NCBI RefSeq assembly: GCF_006345805.1
Contig: NC_043013.1
Location: forward strand, 8,804,001-8,868,000
Length of the DNA: 64,000 nucleotides
Source of the DNA: Octopus sinensis
Taxonomy: Eukaryota
Direction of reading: 5' to 3'
A program made the position numbers and the translations under genes. Below the pieces are notes generated by a model that saw nothing but the letters and a program-made list of their open reading frames with translations, was not told the DNA's origin and made no database searches. Of the stretch, positions 13,063 through 27,419 are shown in pieces. The first letter of the stretch is position 1; every line of letters starts with the position of its first letter.

Positions 13063-13512
13063 AATATATATATGTATATATATACATGTATATATACATA
13101 CATTCATATAGATAGATAGATAGATAGACATCTCGAAACAGTAAACTGGACAAATTGTTGGCGTTGTTTGTTTCCCATTGGACATTTTTTCATTTCCTAA
13201 TAGGAGTTACCAAGGAACAAATTGAGAAGGAATAGAGAATCATAACAATACAAAATTTACATTTGGATGAAGCTTTAATACAGAGTCCGAACAATAAGCG
13301 ATCATGTGTTTATGTGTGTCTATATACTGTAATATAGCGACAACGTGGTTGTGGTATTTATAATAAGTAAGGAATTAAGGTTATTTAGGCTATTAACTGC
13401 CTAATTGATCTATGCTTGTCAGATATTATTCCCTGACCCTCTATTGTCTTTCATCTTCCATCAGTGAATTTATTCTACGATAAGGAAACGTTATTTGAAA
13501 ATGTCTACTTAC

Positions 13513-13553
13513 TGTGGAGTAGGTTTCAGTAGCTTCCTTTTCTCTTCTCTTAC
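13513..13553 (-). CDS. Micro-exon A1 (41 nt, phase 0>2): VREEKRKLLKPTP-Q
   Basis: ATTATTTTCTAG acceptor and GTAAGT donor; flanks paralogous to A2 and A3; in frame with B2 and B. Confidence 0.7.
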
Positions 13554-15679
13554 CTAGAAAATAATACAAACAATATTATTTGCTAAACAAAATGACGGAG
13601 TGAGATCTTTTAGCGGTTAAAACCAAGATTTAAGTAATATGAAGAAGGAGGTATATAAGTAACAATAGTATGCAGAAAGACAAAAAATAACTACAACTAA
13701 TAATCTACACACACATATAAACACAGAAACATACATTTATTTAAAAAGTCATTTGTGCTTTCAGTTTAGTTTTTGTGATCTGAACATATTTATTATCATT
13801 GTTTCCCAATAGAATTTTGCAATCTCATCTACAATTATTGTATTTTTATATGGTTCAGTATTTGCGATGCGATGTTTGTGTAAATGTTTTGTATTCAGAG
13901 GCTGGATCACCACAATGCAGTATCTGCTTCGTAATCAACTTAAATAGGCCCTCTCGTAATCTTTCAGCATCGAACGTTCGGTCTGCAGAGGATACCCTCT
14001 CTTCACTCTCTTATAAGTTTTGGTGTTGGAGGCTTTACTGTATAGACAGGAGATTTTGTGGGGTCCTTCGCTGGAACTAGGTCACAGGAAAACCATATCT
14101 ACATGCAAGGACGCCACCACTGTCATGTTGGATACTTCGGATTTGTGGTATCATGGTATCATTCTTGTAGGGACTTCTTGTTGAGCTGTATCTAGGTATA
14201 GGTGACCACTCGTCAGACTTAAATTACTGAAGGCGCATCAGTTATTTGTGTCAGAAGAGTCACCTATACTGCTAAGCACTTTATCGGAGAGATATCAATG
14301 CTCACTCTATGACCGGCCTATAACTTTTGACTTCCTAAAAGATACAGTACCGCTTTAACGCTTTAGAATGTGCTTTTTGATTAAACAATTTCCACCTAAA
14401 GTACTGTTCCCATTTCCTTAAATTACATTATGATCAGCTTCTTCCACTAAACCGTTAGTTTTCTTTAAAAAATTGTGTTCTCCTGGTTTATAAAAAAGTT
14501 TTCACTATAAGAATAGCTAACCACAAGCGTTCTTCTTTTGAAAACTTTTATATCTGTGACTAGCAGGAACGCTTAAGGTGATTATTCTTGTAAAAGCTTC
14601 GATGTCTCGGAACAATTTGACCCATAATGTAATTGTAAAATCCGTGTAACTCTCCTTTAAATGGGAATTGTTTTATTAAAAGCATGAACGTATATAAGAA
14701 ATGACTGTTATGGTTGTTAACTTTCATGTAAATGATAAAGTTGTATCCATCTGGCCAACATATAAGAAATGACTGTCAACTTTCATTTGTTTCCTTCTGG
14801 CCAATATCATCATGGGTGCATATAACCCCCTGAACTATGATCTCCGGTATTTCAGTCTATAAAGGAAACAAACATCGCACAGGCTTTGACTTATGCCAAG
14901 TACAAGATAACTAAATATAAGTTTAAGGAAAACTAAAAACATAATTTACTGAACTTAAGTATCACAACAAACAAAAATACAAATAGTTTTTCTTAGACGA
15001 ATAAATTATGACCTTGACAATATCAATTCAAAGTTATTCCTTCTGCAAATTTTTGTTTTGTTGTTCATATGCAAAATCTTCTTGATAGACAATTTTTCCT
15101 GTTTTAATAGTAGGGCGAAAATGAAAAGTTTGTCATTGTTCCTCTTTCAAAATCTGGCCTTGGGGCTTATTAATGGACATCACAAAAGACTGACGTATTG
15201 GAAATTGAAGTCGTTTGAACTCGAAAGGCATATTGGAAGGTATCAAAGGTAAGCGAGGAATATTCACCGTTTCCACAGGCAGAAATTATTGTGGTCTCTA
15301 TGACATTCCTTGATAATTTCATGGCAATAAGTCTTGTGCCATTGCACAGCCTTTGTTTAGAAAGGTTGCGCAGAAGTCTGACTGGAGCGCTCTTTAATAT
15401 TCAATGAGTATACTACACAAGCTACACACAGCAAGGACAAAGAAACAAAAGTAGAATGTAAAAAGCTTAAAAACGAACGCACAAGAACAGATTCGAACGC
15501 AGACAATAGACATTACAAACACAGACAGCAAAAACAAATCAAAAGAAAAAGAAAGATAACCAACCCACTACACCAAATTAACATCACTAAGCATATAACA
15601 CAAGCAACACACAGCAAGGAGAAAAAGACAAAAATAAAATTTACACGTGTTAAAAAATTTTTGTAAAAATGTTGAATGA

Positions 15680-16560
15680 CGTTAACTGAACTGTGGGGTT
15701 CGAGTAGACGTCATTCCACATTTTCATTTATCATTACTATTCTTTTCGTTCGATTTAATTTTCCTCCACTGTTGTGTTTTGTTTGTCCTTATGCTGTCCC
15801 CTCTGGGTTTCAACTCTATATGGTTGATAAAAGAATATCAGTCTGCGAGGTACGCCTTTGTGTTGCGGTTGGTTATTTATTGGTGAAGGTTTGTTGTTTG
15901 AAGTCGTTCTATTGCCGTTGTTTCCCTCGGGACTACCTCGTGTTTGAAAACTTAGTGTCTTTTGACACACTGTTCGCCTGAACAGGCTTGGTTTTCCTCT
16001 TGTTCCCCTGTTGTGGGCGAATTTTTTGCGTTTTGTATGGGGATTGTGCCCGCACAAAATGACTAGTGATTTGTATGATGTGTCGGAGCTCATACTGAAT
16101 GTCAACTCGGAGTACGAAACCGACTCGGAAAAAAGTGTGGATGATTATGCGGCAGCGGTCAGTAGGCGGCAAAGAAGATAGAATATCAGGACGGAGGCCG
16201 TGGAAACATTTTAACCAATTCTGCGGGGAGAGGCAACAAGCGTGAGGTTGACTACCCCACCCCAAGAAACGAGAAGAAGAACGATAATTTAACGGTATCT
16301 CTTAAAACAAAGAGAACAGAGATAGCGTCTATCGAAGAAATGGAAAATGTTTTAAAGCTTATGTTCAATTTACAATATATGAAAAGAGGCAAGAAATTAG
16401 GTAGCGTGGAGGTACAGTTCATATCAGAATACGACACTAGGGGTGATTCTGCGATCACCCTGCAGACGAAAAGCTGGCTCTTTTACCGTCATACTTTGGC
16501 AAAAGAAACATAGAAGTCGCAATAGAAAGATATTCACCTGAAATTAGACCGGCGTGTATA
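15680..16560 (+). mobile_element. L1/Tx1-like 5' UTR plus ORF1 N-terminal remnant
   Basis: From ~16068: MTSDLYDVSEL..DYAAAVSRRQKK..YMKRGKKLGSVEVQF, resembling FINRGSQYGKVNVMF of the 10.6-kb remnant. Confidence 0.5.
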
Positions 16561-16567
16561 AATATAG

Positions 16568-16961
16568 GATCTTTCGGTTTGAACGGCAGTTTTTAACATA
16601 ATTTCTACGTAACTAAAAACTTTTAAACTTCGTATACTGGTAGAATGGGTTTATAAAACATCTTTTTCTCTTGGCTTTATTGAGAAAATTCTATAGTTTG
16701 TAAGATATTTGTTGTTTTTTTCTTCAATTTCTGCAATTTCAACCTATCACTGACGTCCATTGAGGTAAACAATATTCTGTGCCGTATGAATATGTCCCAA
16801 CAGATTGGGTTTATTTACATTTGTGAAGAAAAATTATACCCTTCCCCACCCCTAACCCTAAAGTAGATTGAAATGCAATAGATCGGTACTAGGGTCATAA
16901 TTATGGGTTACAATTTCATACGACACCGCTAGAAAAACTGCCGATCAAACCGAAAAGATCC
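16568..16961. mobile_element. MITE-like element with ~28-bp terminal inverted repeats
   Basis: GGATCTTTCGGTTTGAACGGCAGTTTTT ... AAAAACTGCCGATCAAACCGAAAAGATCC; no coding capacity; TSD not clear. Confidence 0.65.
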
Positions 16962-17789
16962 AAAATATATGTATAAAAAATATAAATAGAATACATTTTT
17001 TACATATTTATAGAGATATTGGTTTATAGGTTTATTGCTTATATATTTTTTACACATAATTTTTCTGTATTCTACCCCCCAGCCTGCCTTTTTCTTGTGC
17101 GTATTTTGTGTATATGGAATCCTTTGTGCGCGCGTGTGGATGTGTGCGTGTGTACGTGCAGGTGAGTATTGCGCATATAGACGTGTTGTACTCATTGTTT
17201 TTTTACACATTTTCCTGTATAAAAGATAGAAAGAGAGAATTGAAGGCGTTCGAGTCAAAAGGAAAGAGTACAGTTTGACATTATATATATATATACATAT
17301 ATTGATAAAAATGATAAGACAGCGAAAGAATGAAAGAGACCTCGATATTATGTAAATAGAGGAGTGCCCCAGCATGGCCACAGCTCATGAGCTGAAATTA
17401 GATAAAATAAAATAAATAATTAAAAAAATGTAATAGGTGGCAATTATTCGGTAGCTGTGATAAAACTCCGAGTTTCAGATGCCGAGGTGGAAATCCACGC
17501 CGCCATCTCTTCAGTTATCCGGCCATCGGAAAAAATGCTATGAAAAACGACCGTTATACAAAGGGAAATTACTGTGTGAATGACCGTTAGTAAGACAAAA
17601 GAGCTATTTGAATGACCGCTAAGTGAGGGGAGGGAGTAAAAGTAAGTGGGTAAAAAGGTTCATAGTATTCACGTAAGCGTGCATGTTCATACCTACACAT
17701 GCGTGCCCGCACACCAACGTGCATGCGCCTAAATGTATTATACACTCATCCACTCTCACTTGAAACACACACAACCTCACACGCACCAT

Positions 17790-19040
17790 TCGCCAAATAT
17801 ATATATAAATATATTATATTAAATTAGAGATAAAACCACTATTAGGCAAATCAAACAGTGAAAAACATAAGCCAATACATAAAATTAATCTCGCTAAGAT
17901 AAGTATTTATTTATATTTAAGATCTTTAAATTGTAAATTTAATATTTTATAAGTCTTTGGTGTAATAATATTTTTCTTCTGTAAATATCGTTGTTTATGT
18001 AATGATCTAATTATCGTTGTTTATGTAATGATCTAATTATCGTAATTTTCTGTATAATTATTAGATATTAAATTTAAGTTTATTCGTAAGATATTACTTA
18101 GCGATAGATATGTTGTTTGGTAGCAAGTATACGAGTTGTCTAAAGTTAGGTTTATGTATATACATGTATTAATAGCATTAATTGTAGTTTTTAATTTCTT
18201 ATAATTAAAATTAGATAAACTTAGATAAACTTAGATATGTTTCGACGAAAGACTGGTCCACGCCATGTCTAACTTAATAGCATAACTTAGTTATTGTCTT
18301 TTTAAATTGATATCTGCTAGTTTTATTCCCATTGATAAATATATTTATAGTATTTATAGTATTTATTCGATACTATATAACTACGAATTGATTATTTCAG
18401 TAAGTATTTTAAATATAAGATTTCCAAAAGTTCGTTTAAGTTTGTTTGTATTTTTGAAATTAGCTATTTCATCTTTAAATATGAAAAATTAATTTATTAG
18501 GTCTTTATTATATGTGCATATATATTTATTTATTTATAGCGATTATTTTAGATCTTAATTATTATATTTCAATTAACCTGAAGATTGACTGTAACCATAA
18601 TTCGAATTATTAATTGAATTTAAATTATTGTTATTCGAATTCGTACAGCCATGAAACGATCGTAGTGTTTTACTCTTTAACTTTTATTAACCTTTTAATA
18701 CTTTTGATATTTATATAATAATTTTTAAAAAATTAATAAATAAATAAATTTATAAATAAAATAATATATAAATATAAATATATACATACATATAAATATA
18801 TATGCATTTGTATATATATATTTAAAATTAATAAGTTTAAATTATTTAAACAATTCTTTTGAATTTTATATTTTTAAATTAATTTTATGTAATGGCTTAT
18901 GCGTTTCACTGTTTGATTTGCCTAATAGTGGTTTTATCTCTAATTTAATATAATATAATATATTTATACTATAAAATTGGATTTAATCCTAAATCTAATT
19001 TTTCCCTGTAAGTTTGGATTTATTCCCTAATATTATTATT
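17790..19040. mobile_element. AT-rich element with inverted ~100-bp terminal segments (probably non-autonomous Penelope-like)
   Basis: 17810-17890 (TTAAATTAGAGATAAAACCACTATTAGGCAAATCAAACAGTG) is the reverse complement of ~18880-18955. Confidence 0.5.
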
Positions 19041-19192
19041 ATTACTTTTCATATATATATATATATATATACAACCCCACACACACACGCGCGCGCACAA
19101 AAAAGTTCATTCCCACGTCTATATGCACCTATAGACATGGAAAACTGGGCTAAAGGCAATATATATATGTGTGTGTGTTTGTGTGTGTGTGT

Positions 19193-19470
19193 GGAGGCGC
19201 AATGGCCCTGTGGTTAGGGCAGCGGACTCGCGGTCGTAGGATCGCAGTTTCGATTCCCAGATCAGGCGTTGTGAGTGTTTATTCAGCGAAAACACCGGCA
19301 GCGGCTGGTGGCGATCCCTGCTGTACGCTTTCGCCGCAACTTTCTTCTGTTGGCCTGCACATTTAGCCAGCGGGGTGGCGTCATTTGAAGGCTAAATCAA
19401 TGCGAAGCTCATTGTGACCAGCGATGTGTAGCAACATCTGAAAGCCTGGTCGGTCACGTGATCACGTGAG
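19193..19470 (+). mobile_element. tRNA-derived SINE
   Basis: A box TGGCCCTGTGGTTAGG and B box AGTTTCGATTCC, followed by a non-tRNA body. Confidence 0.85.
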
Positions 19471-19570
19471 AAAAAAAATATATATAAGTTCTAATTTACC
19501 CTAATTATACAAAAAAGTCATTAGCTGGTTCAACCATTGCGTAATATAGTAATCACTACTAATAAAGAGT

Positions 19571-19920
19571 GGAGGCGCAATGGCCCAGTGGTTAGGGCAG
19601 CGGACTCGCGGTCGTAGGATCGCGGTTTCGATTCCCAGACCGGGCGTTGCGAGTGTTTATTGAGCGAAAACACCTAAAGCTCCACGAGGCTCCGGCAGGG
19701 GATGGTGGTGATCCTCTTTCTTCCTGTTTCTGTTGTACCTGTATTTCAAAGAGCCGGCCTTGTCACTCTCTGTGTCATGCTGAATATCCCCGAGAACTAC
19801 GTTAAGGGTACACGTGTCTGTGGAGTGCTCAGCCACTTACACGTTAATTTCACAAGCAGGCTGTTCCGTTGATCGGATCAACCGGAACCCTCGTCGTCGG
19901 AACCGACGGAGTGCTTCCAT
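19571..19920 (+). mobile_element. tRNA-derived SINE, same head with different tail
   Basis: TGGCCCAGTGGTTAGG / GGTTTCGATTCC; tail GTTAAGGGTACACGTGTCTGTGGAG..CCGACGGAGTGC. Confidence 0.85.
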
Positions 19921-20187
19921 CCACTAATAAAGAAAATTTATTTTGCTCTATGATTATGTAAAATAGTAATCTAATCTATCACTACGAGAAATAGAACGCT
20001 GTTCCACATATGTGAAAAATAATAATCAGTTGTACATTGGTATACTGGAAAATGTATTAAGATATTCATAAGCAAAATTTATAAGGTTGCTGTTAAAACA
20101 GAGTCTTTGATGAAATTCCAAAACACACATTGGTCATAATTCGTGCAAACAGAAGTAATAAAGAAAAAATGAAAAACATTAAATTAC

Positions 20188-20233
20188 TTGGGATTCTTCG
20201 TCTTCTTCAGCCGATGATTCAGAAGATAGTGAT
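20188..20233 (-). CDS. Micro-exon B2 (46 nt, phase 2>0): x-SLSSESSAEEDEESQ
   Basis: CATTTTTTGTAG acceptor and GTAATT donor; flanks homologous to exon B flanks (ATTCATAA..CTTTGATGAAATTC; TTAGT.AAA..TTGTCAT; ACAATGGAA). Confidence 0.7.
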
Positions 20234-22656
20234 CTACAAAAAATGAACCAAGGAGGAAGTTTAGGATTAGTGAAAGTTGTTTGTCATATGGAATGTAGTT
20301 AACATTCTGGACATTTGAACTTCATCTAAAAGTTAAGAAAAGGAGAAAAGTGATATTGTTTCATGGGTTGGGAGCAAGAAACAATGGAATATTACTGAAA
20401 GACTAATATAGGAGGTAATGAGAAGGATAACCAAGAGGGAGTTAAGGTCAGAATGAGTCAGGGGCTAGAGGAATGGTCAGGGTCTGGTGAACAAAGGCGG
20501 AGAGAAAAGCTAAGAACATAGGAGGAGAAGGTAGAAAGAGTCAGTGAGGATTATGACTAAATTTATGGAGTAATATCTATGTGTATTTAGACCTGTTGTG
20601 AAATTAGGAATACATTTCAATAAGTAGCTTTGAATAATTTTATTTCAAAAGAGAGGTCAGCAAATCTTGACGAAATGCTCAGACAGTAAAACTCGTCAGT
20701 TTGATTTTTATTACAAGCTGCTGAAAATATAGTTCATAGACTTCATTTCACACCAAAAGGTACATTTTCGCATAAAGTCTGGGGTGTAAATACTCATGTA
20801 ATTATATCAAGTCATCAAATTTCTACAATTTTAAATGGCATTTAATTGGTACAATTTTGATTGTGTTTTGATATATAGCCTTCTGCCATTTATCTCGGTT
20901 TTGTGGGATGTGTGGGTGTGTGAGATATGATGAACTGTAAAAGACAGTAAATCTGCTTAATTTAATTCACATCTCTAGAAAAACTTCTGCTTCAATGTAT
21001 GATTTCTTACATAAAATAAGACCTCAAATTTCAACAATTACCATAAGGTATTTTGTTTGACCGTTTTATAATTCTGCTAATCCACTACATTTTCTTCAGA
21101 TGTATATTAAGACACAAACAAACAGTAACATTAGAAGAGATAAACTGATAGGTTAAACATTTCTGAATTGACTGTATGTATTTGGTGGAGATACTTAGCG
21201 TTTATGGGGCAAATTTCAAAGCTACACTAAATACACGGTGGTAACACACTTTACATTGTTCTTAGTTTGCACGGATTTACTGGACCATCGCTTTTGTTGG
21301 AACCAAAGTGTTTTCGCTTTTCCCTTTATATCTACAGGAGACCCCTTTGTAGTTTCATGTAACTGCAACTCCAAATCACCATGCAATAACCTATCACTAG
21401 ACCAATGAAATTTTACCTCCGATCAGAACTGGACCCTCAAGAAAATAAACAGACTGACTCGGTAAGAGAATCAAACAACAGGAAAGTTTCATGACCATTC
21501 CTCACAGGCAAGACAACCAGGCAGAATGTCAAACTTGGTCTCCAGAAACAATAAGAATAAGAATTATAACGAATCAAAAATTATATCCTTTCACAGAAAA
21601 GATTATAGATACACTGATTTCAAAGCATTCCGTTACAGGCGAAAAACCCTCTACGCGACGGTAAAAAGAATCACGTGCAAGATGAAAGAAACTGTAACAA
21701 AATCCCTTTTGCTTACTCTCTTCTTTCTTTATTTGTTTCTCTCTTAACTCAGTATGACTGAACTTTTTGCGATCCACATTTTTTATATACTTCGCCCATC
21801 ATTTTCTGATATTATTGAAATTTGTAAACATTTAATCATTAAAATATGTTTTCTAATTCGCAAACAAAATAGGGCCTTGGGACCGAGGAGAAGAGGTAAC
21901 GCTTAGAAAATGTCTTGGAAGATGGTGAACATAGCGACAGAAAATTTGCGACTGTTCAGCTACAGGACCAGTGTAAGAAGGGAAGAAAAAGGGGTACTGG
22001 CAGTTGGTCACGCGACAGCAGCAGGCAGAGGTGAAAGACTGCAGGGTGAGAGAACGACAGAGAAAAATACGGAAGGGATGAAGGGAAAGAAGAAAGGCTG
22101 GGAATACAAGAGAGAGAAGGAGTCAGTAGAAAGTCTATAATAAATAAATACACACACACACACACATATATGTATATTTATATATATTAAGTATGTAAGT
22201 ATGTTTTAAAATGTATGGGCTATTTACGGAGTGCTCATAGAGAGCCTACGCGAAAAAATACAGAGTAGAGAAAATTTAAAACGCAAGTCTTGGAAAGTCA
22301 AACAGATTCCCGAACGCATAAATGAGAAATTTCAATCGAAGTAGTTGAATCATATATATTTATACACATCAACATAAATCATGCATGTACAGGCGTAAAA
22401 ATTCCCCAAGGTTATAAAGAATGAAATCAAACATACATAGAAATATAGAAGAAATATAAAGATTTATATAAAAATACTTATCAAATTACATATAAATAAA
22501 TTTACATGCAACGAGTTATACGTGATAAATATAGGAGGTGCAAAGTGGATGAGAGATTGGTACATTCTGTAAGGATCAGATATCGAGATATGTAGGTATT
22601 TAGCGTGTCTTTCGATATGATGAAGAAAGTTTATCTGGAAATGTCTGTCTACTTAC

Positions 22657-22712
22657 GTATCAGAAGTTATCGATGCCAAAGGCGCTCGAATTTGTGTTTC
22701 TGTTGTTTCAGG
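22657..22712 (-). CDS. Micro-exon A2 (56 nt, phase 0>2): PETTETQIRAPLASITSD-T
   Basis: CTTCTTTTCTCTAG acceptor and GTAAGT donor; paralogous flanks; in frame with B' or C' and with B2. Confidence 0.7.
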
Positions 22713-23493
22713 CTAGAGAAAAGAAGAAAAACAACGTTAATTGTTGAAAGAAACGTTTGGGTTAGTATTTCTAGGTATAGAAAACAAGTTTTAAGTAAAA
22801 TATATGTTTGAAGGAGGAGGTATATAAGTAACAGTAGTAAGCAAGAGGCAAAGAATAACCACATCTAAAAGTCTAACAACTACACACGGATATAGACACA
22901 GAAAAATCCATTTACAGATAATAGACAAACAGTTTTATTTTCAATTTAGTTTTAGGGATTTCAACATGGTTAGCATCATTGAATTCAAATGAAGGTCTGA
23001 AATCGTATTTACAACTATTTTATTTTTATGAAGTTCAGTATTTACGATATCAGTGCAGATCCTTTTAATATCTTACTAATTTAGGCATAATTAAATCAAA
23101 TCTTTAGGAAAATAATATCATCAGATGCAATATGAAACACAATTTATATATATATATAAATGAATTATAAAGTTCACATCCTGAAATCATCAAAAGACTC
23201 CCAAAGCCTAAAATTCAAAGAAGGAAAACAGTAAAGACATTAAATAGTTCTGTAAGTTATAGAAAGTTTTTTAAAAATTATGATGACCATATAAATATCA
23301 TTTAATGTAAGTTTATTTAAGCATGTACATATTAATTCTACATTTTCCCAATTGAAGAACGGACATATATTCTTACGGTAGAAATGCTTCAAAAAATAAG
23401 ACGATGCCAAATACGCTTTTAACAACTTCATCGCCACCAGAACGCAGGTCATATTGATCCCATGTAATCTCCTCCATGTTCTGAGTTCAACAT

Positions 23494-23520
23494 TCACTCT
23501 CTTCTATAAAGCCAAAAGTC
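23494..23520 (-). CDS. Candidate terminal exon D' (DFWLYRRE* if phase 0)
   Basis: CACCGATCACAG acceptor; AATAAA ~180 nt downstream (23312-23317), weak evidence in AT-rich DNA. Confidence 0.35.
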   Translation of the reverse strand, partial: DFWLYRRE

Positions 23521-23594
23521 CTGTGATCGGTGTAACGCACACACACACACACACACACACACGTTCGTGTGCACATATGATTGTGTGTATTATC

Positions 23595-23642
<48 letters not shown>

Positions 23643-23736
23643 CTTACATACATACATACATATATACATACCCATTGACTTGCCGCTGGTGCTTATAGTG
23701 TCGAATACTTTCGGTATGCAAATTAGGGACTCTTAC

Positions 23737-23820
23737 ATAGAGTAACTGCTGCATTTGCTGAGTATGTAAATAGTTTGGCTGCTTGCTTCCCTGGAGACTG
23801 TCAGAATAATGTAGACGCCT
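23737..23820 (-). CDS. Candidate exon C' (84 nt, phase 0>0): RRLHYSDSLQGSKQPNYLHTQQMQQLLY
   Basis: CTTAAT..TTTTCAACCCTTGTTGCGTTCTCATCAG acceptor and CTAT|GTAAGA donor; open in phase 0; competing acceptors exist (e.g. TTTCTCAACAG at ~23883). Confidence 0.45.
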
Positions 23821-23962
23821 CTGATGAGAACGCAACAAGGGTTGAAAATCAATTAAGGTTGTTCATTATATTTTTTTCAATCTGTTGAGAAATGCCTAAA
23901 CTTTGCCCTGTTTATAATTATACGAAATGTTACACACACATATATATATGTATATGTATATT

Positions 23963-24039
<77 letters not shown>

Positions 24040-24125
24040 TATGCATACATACATATATATACACATATATATATACATATGCATACATACATATATATAC
24101 ATACATACATATATATATATATATA

Positions 24126-24578
24126 TTCCACAGCACCCTCTCTCCTTCCCCCTCAGCCCCACGCGGATCATTCCCTTGCTCTAGATCCCGCTGCAACACT
24201 TGCCCCTTCATCACCAACACCACTGCTGTCACTGGCTCCAACCGGCGAAATGTACGTATTAGGCACTCCTTTACGTGCACCTCGTCTGGCCTCATTTACT
24301 GCATTAAATGCAACCTATGCGGGATGCTGTATGTAGGACAGACGGGACGCCGGTTATCCGACCGATTCACAGAACATTTGAGGGACGTTCGCCTACACTC
24401 TTTTTCTCCCGTCGCACGCCACTTCCGCTCGGCCAGCCATTCCCTAGATGACATCTCAGTGTTTGGTCTCGCCCCCCACAATGGTCGTCCACTTTCTAGG
24501 CTCCACTTGGAGCAACGCTACATCTTCACCCTACAAACCACTACCCCACACGGACTTAACACAGCCCCCTCCTCCTAA
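24126..24578 (+). mobile_element. Penelope-like GIY-YIG endonuclease domain, 5'-truncated, intact frame
   Basis: [64 protein letters not shown]; starts abruptly in (TA)n. Confidence 0.92.
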
Positions 24579-24589
24579 GGTTTTTTTTT

Positions 24590-27400
24590 CCGGATAAACA
24601 CCCCCCACACACACACCTACCTACATCCCACACGCCTGTTCACACACACACATACGGATACACATCTACGTACACACATTCACACATTTAATCACACATA
24701 CTTATAGACATACATGCACACACTAACATACAAACCAACATGCACATACATACACACATACATACACACACACACATACATACTTACACACACACACACA
24801 CACAGACATACATACATACATACATACACACATACATACGCACATACATACACACACACACATCGCACATACATACTTCACACACCTATACTGACATACA
24901 CACACACACATGCACACATACATGTACGCACACACACATACATACACACATACCCACACATGCACACCTTTACACGAATGCACACACACATACACCTATT
25001 TGCACCCAGGCAGCCCCCCTCTTTTCTGCTTTCTGGTTTTGGTTGATGGATCCTCGGTTCCCGTGGAGCGGGTTGTTCGGGGGCCCCCGCGCGCGCACGC
25101 CTTGGCGCGTGCTGGGGGTCGGTCGACCCCATGGGCTTGCGTTGTATTGTTTGTGTGTTGTGTGTGTGAGCGTGCTTCGTGTGTGTGGGCGTGCTTCGGG
25201 TGTGTGCGTGCGTATGTATACATACATACCCACACACACGCATGCATCCCTACCCACATACATACACGCACACCTACTCACACACACACTTACACACACA
25301 CATACACACACACACATACCCGCGCACACACATACATGCATACACACACATACCTACTTCAGACATACACACACACAGACATACACCCATACACTCACAC
25401 TCACACGCATACACACACACACATACACACGCACACGCACACATACACACACACACACCTACATACATACATTACACTTGTACACACACACACTTACATT
25501 CATACACACACACACCTACACAGCCATACCTTCACTCATACATACACACATACCTACACACACACACAAACACTCACAGACACACACCCATACATACATA
25601 CACCTATACACACACGCCTACACACATACATAGACACATACATAAACACACACACATACACATACACATACATACGCACACACACATATACTTACACACA
25701 TGCACACACACACATACATACATACACCCACACACATACACACACACATACTTACATACTCCTATACGCACATACATACACACAGACATACACACATACA
25801 CACTCACACATACATACACACACACATACTTACACACACACTCGCCTGCACGCGCACACACATGCATGACAAACACCCATACACTCACACTCACATACAC
25901 ACACACCAACATATACACGCACACGCACACATACACGCACACACACACCTACACTCCCACACACATACATACGCACCTACATACACACACACACGCATAC
26001 ACACGCACACACACGCACACACACGCATACATACATATATTACACACGTACACACACACCTACATACACATGCATACACACACACACACAAACACACACG
26101 GACACACCCATACATACATACATACATACACCTATACACACACGCCCACACACCTACATACACACACATGCATACACACACATGCATACACACACACACA
26201 TGTACGCACATACACACACATATACGCACATACATATATACCTACACACATGCACACACACACACACACATACGCACATGCATACGCATACATGCATACA
26301 TGCATACACACATACACACACACACACGCACGTACACATACACACACACACATACATACACACACACACACTCACTCACACACCTGCATGTACGCGCACA
26401 CACATGCACATACACACACTTCCACACACACACACGTACATACATACACACTCATACACATACACACACACACACACACGGACATACATCTATATACACA
26501 CATATACACACACATACTTACATACATTCATCGGACACCCAGACTTACACACAGACACACTCACACATCCACACACATACATACTTACACACACACTCGC
26601 AGGCGCGCGCACATAGACGCTTGTGCACGTTCGCGCACGCATAAACGCATGCATGCACCACGCTCGTGGGTGACCGACTAGATCTCCTGTACGTATCTGG
26701 GGCCGGCGCGTGTCTTTGGGTTCTCCCACGCCTGTCGCCGCGGGACCACTCTTCCATCTTCCCCTTTCCCCCCTCCACTGCAGTTCTTTTTCCTTAACCC
26801 CCCCTCTTTGTACACACACGCACACACATACACACACCCACTCACACACACACATTTGCATATATATATATACATTACACTTACACACACTTCAAATTTA
26901 CTTGCCATACACACAACTACGCACACTGGACACACTACCACTTAACACACACACTGGCACGTTACCCTTTCCCTCCTTCCCTTCTTCCCTCCTTCCTCCC
27001 TTTTTTTACCACTGACCACTCACTCGAGACTTGCTATGTCATCCGTTCGCCCTGCACGCACTAACATATACATATTTTTTGTTTTTTTATCTCGCCTCAC
27101 ACACACATACACACACGCACACGCACACACTCACACATACATACACACGCACACACACATACCTCCCTGTTTCTGATCTGCTTTTCTGACTTGCTAGGGT
27201 ACCCCCACACACTCCTTTAATTCTACTACTGCCTGCTACTAGCCACTGTCCACCATACACACACATACACACACACGCGCACACTCACACACACACCCTC
27301 GTTTTCTCGCACACCTTTTTTACCATTCCCTCTTTGATTCAGCTCTCCTGTTTTTAAAAAACATTTTCCTCCTTTTTTACCACTTCCGTCTGTTCAGTAT
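24590..27400. repeat. 2.8-kb degenerate (CA)/(CATA)-rich simple-sequence tract
   Basis: Direct inspection; source of the His/Thr and Val/Cys pseudo-ORFs. Confidence 0.92.
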
Positions 27401-27419
27401 GTGACCTCGTGAAGACTAC

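Noticed and set aside
13899-14080. Cys-containing plus-strand ORF after a TTTTGTATTCAG acceptor
   Set aside because: Begins where paralogy with the A2/A3 flanks stops, so likely part of an insertion; no recognisable motif or partner exon
19193-19660. tRNA genes
   Set aside because: A and B boxes are present but there is no cloverleaf, and they continue into SINE bodies
24714-26888. Long His/Thr-rich and Val/Cys-rich ORFs (up to 500 aa)
   Set aside because: Translations of a stop-poor (CA)/(CATA) simple repeat; no codon or splice evidence
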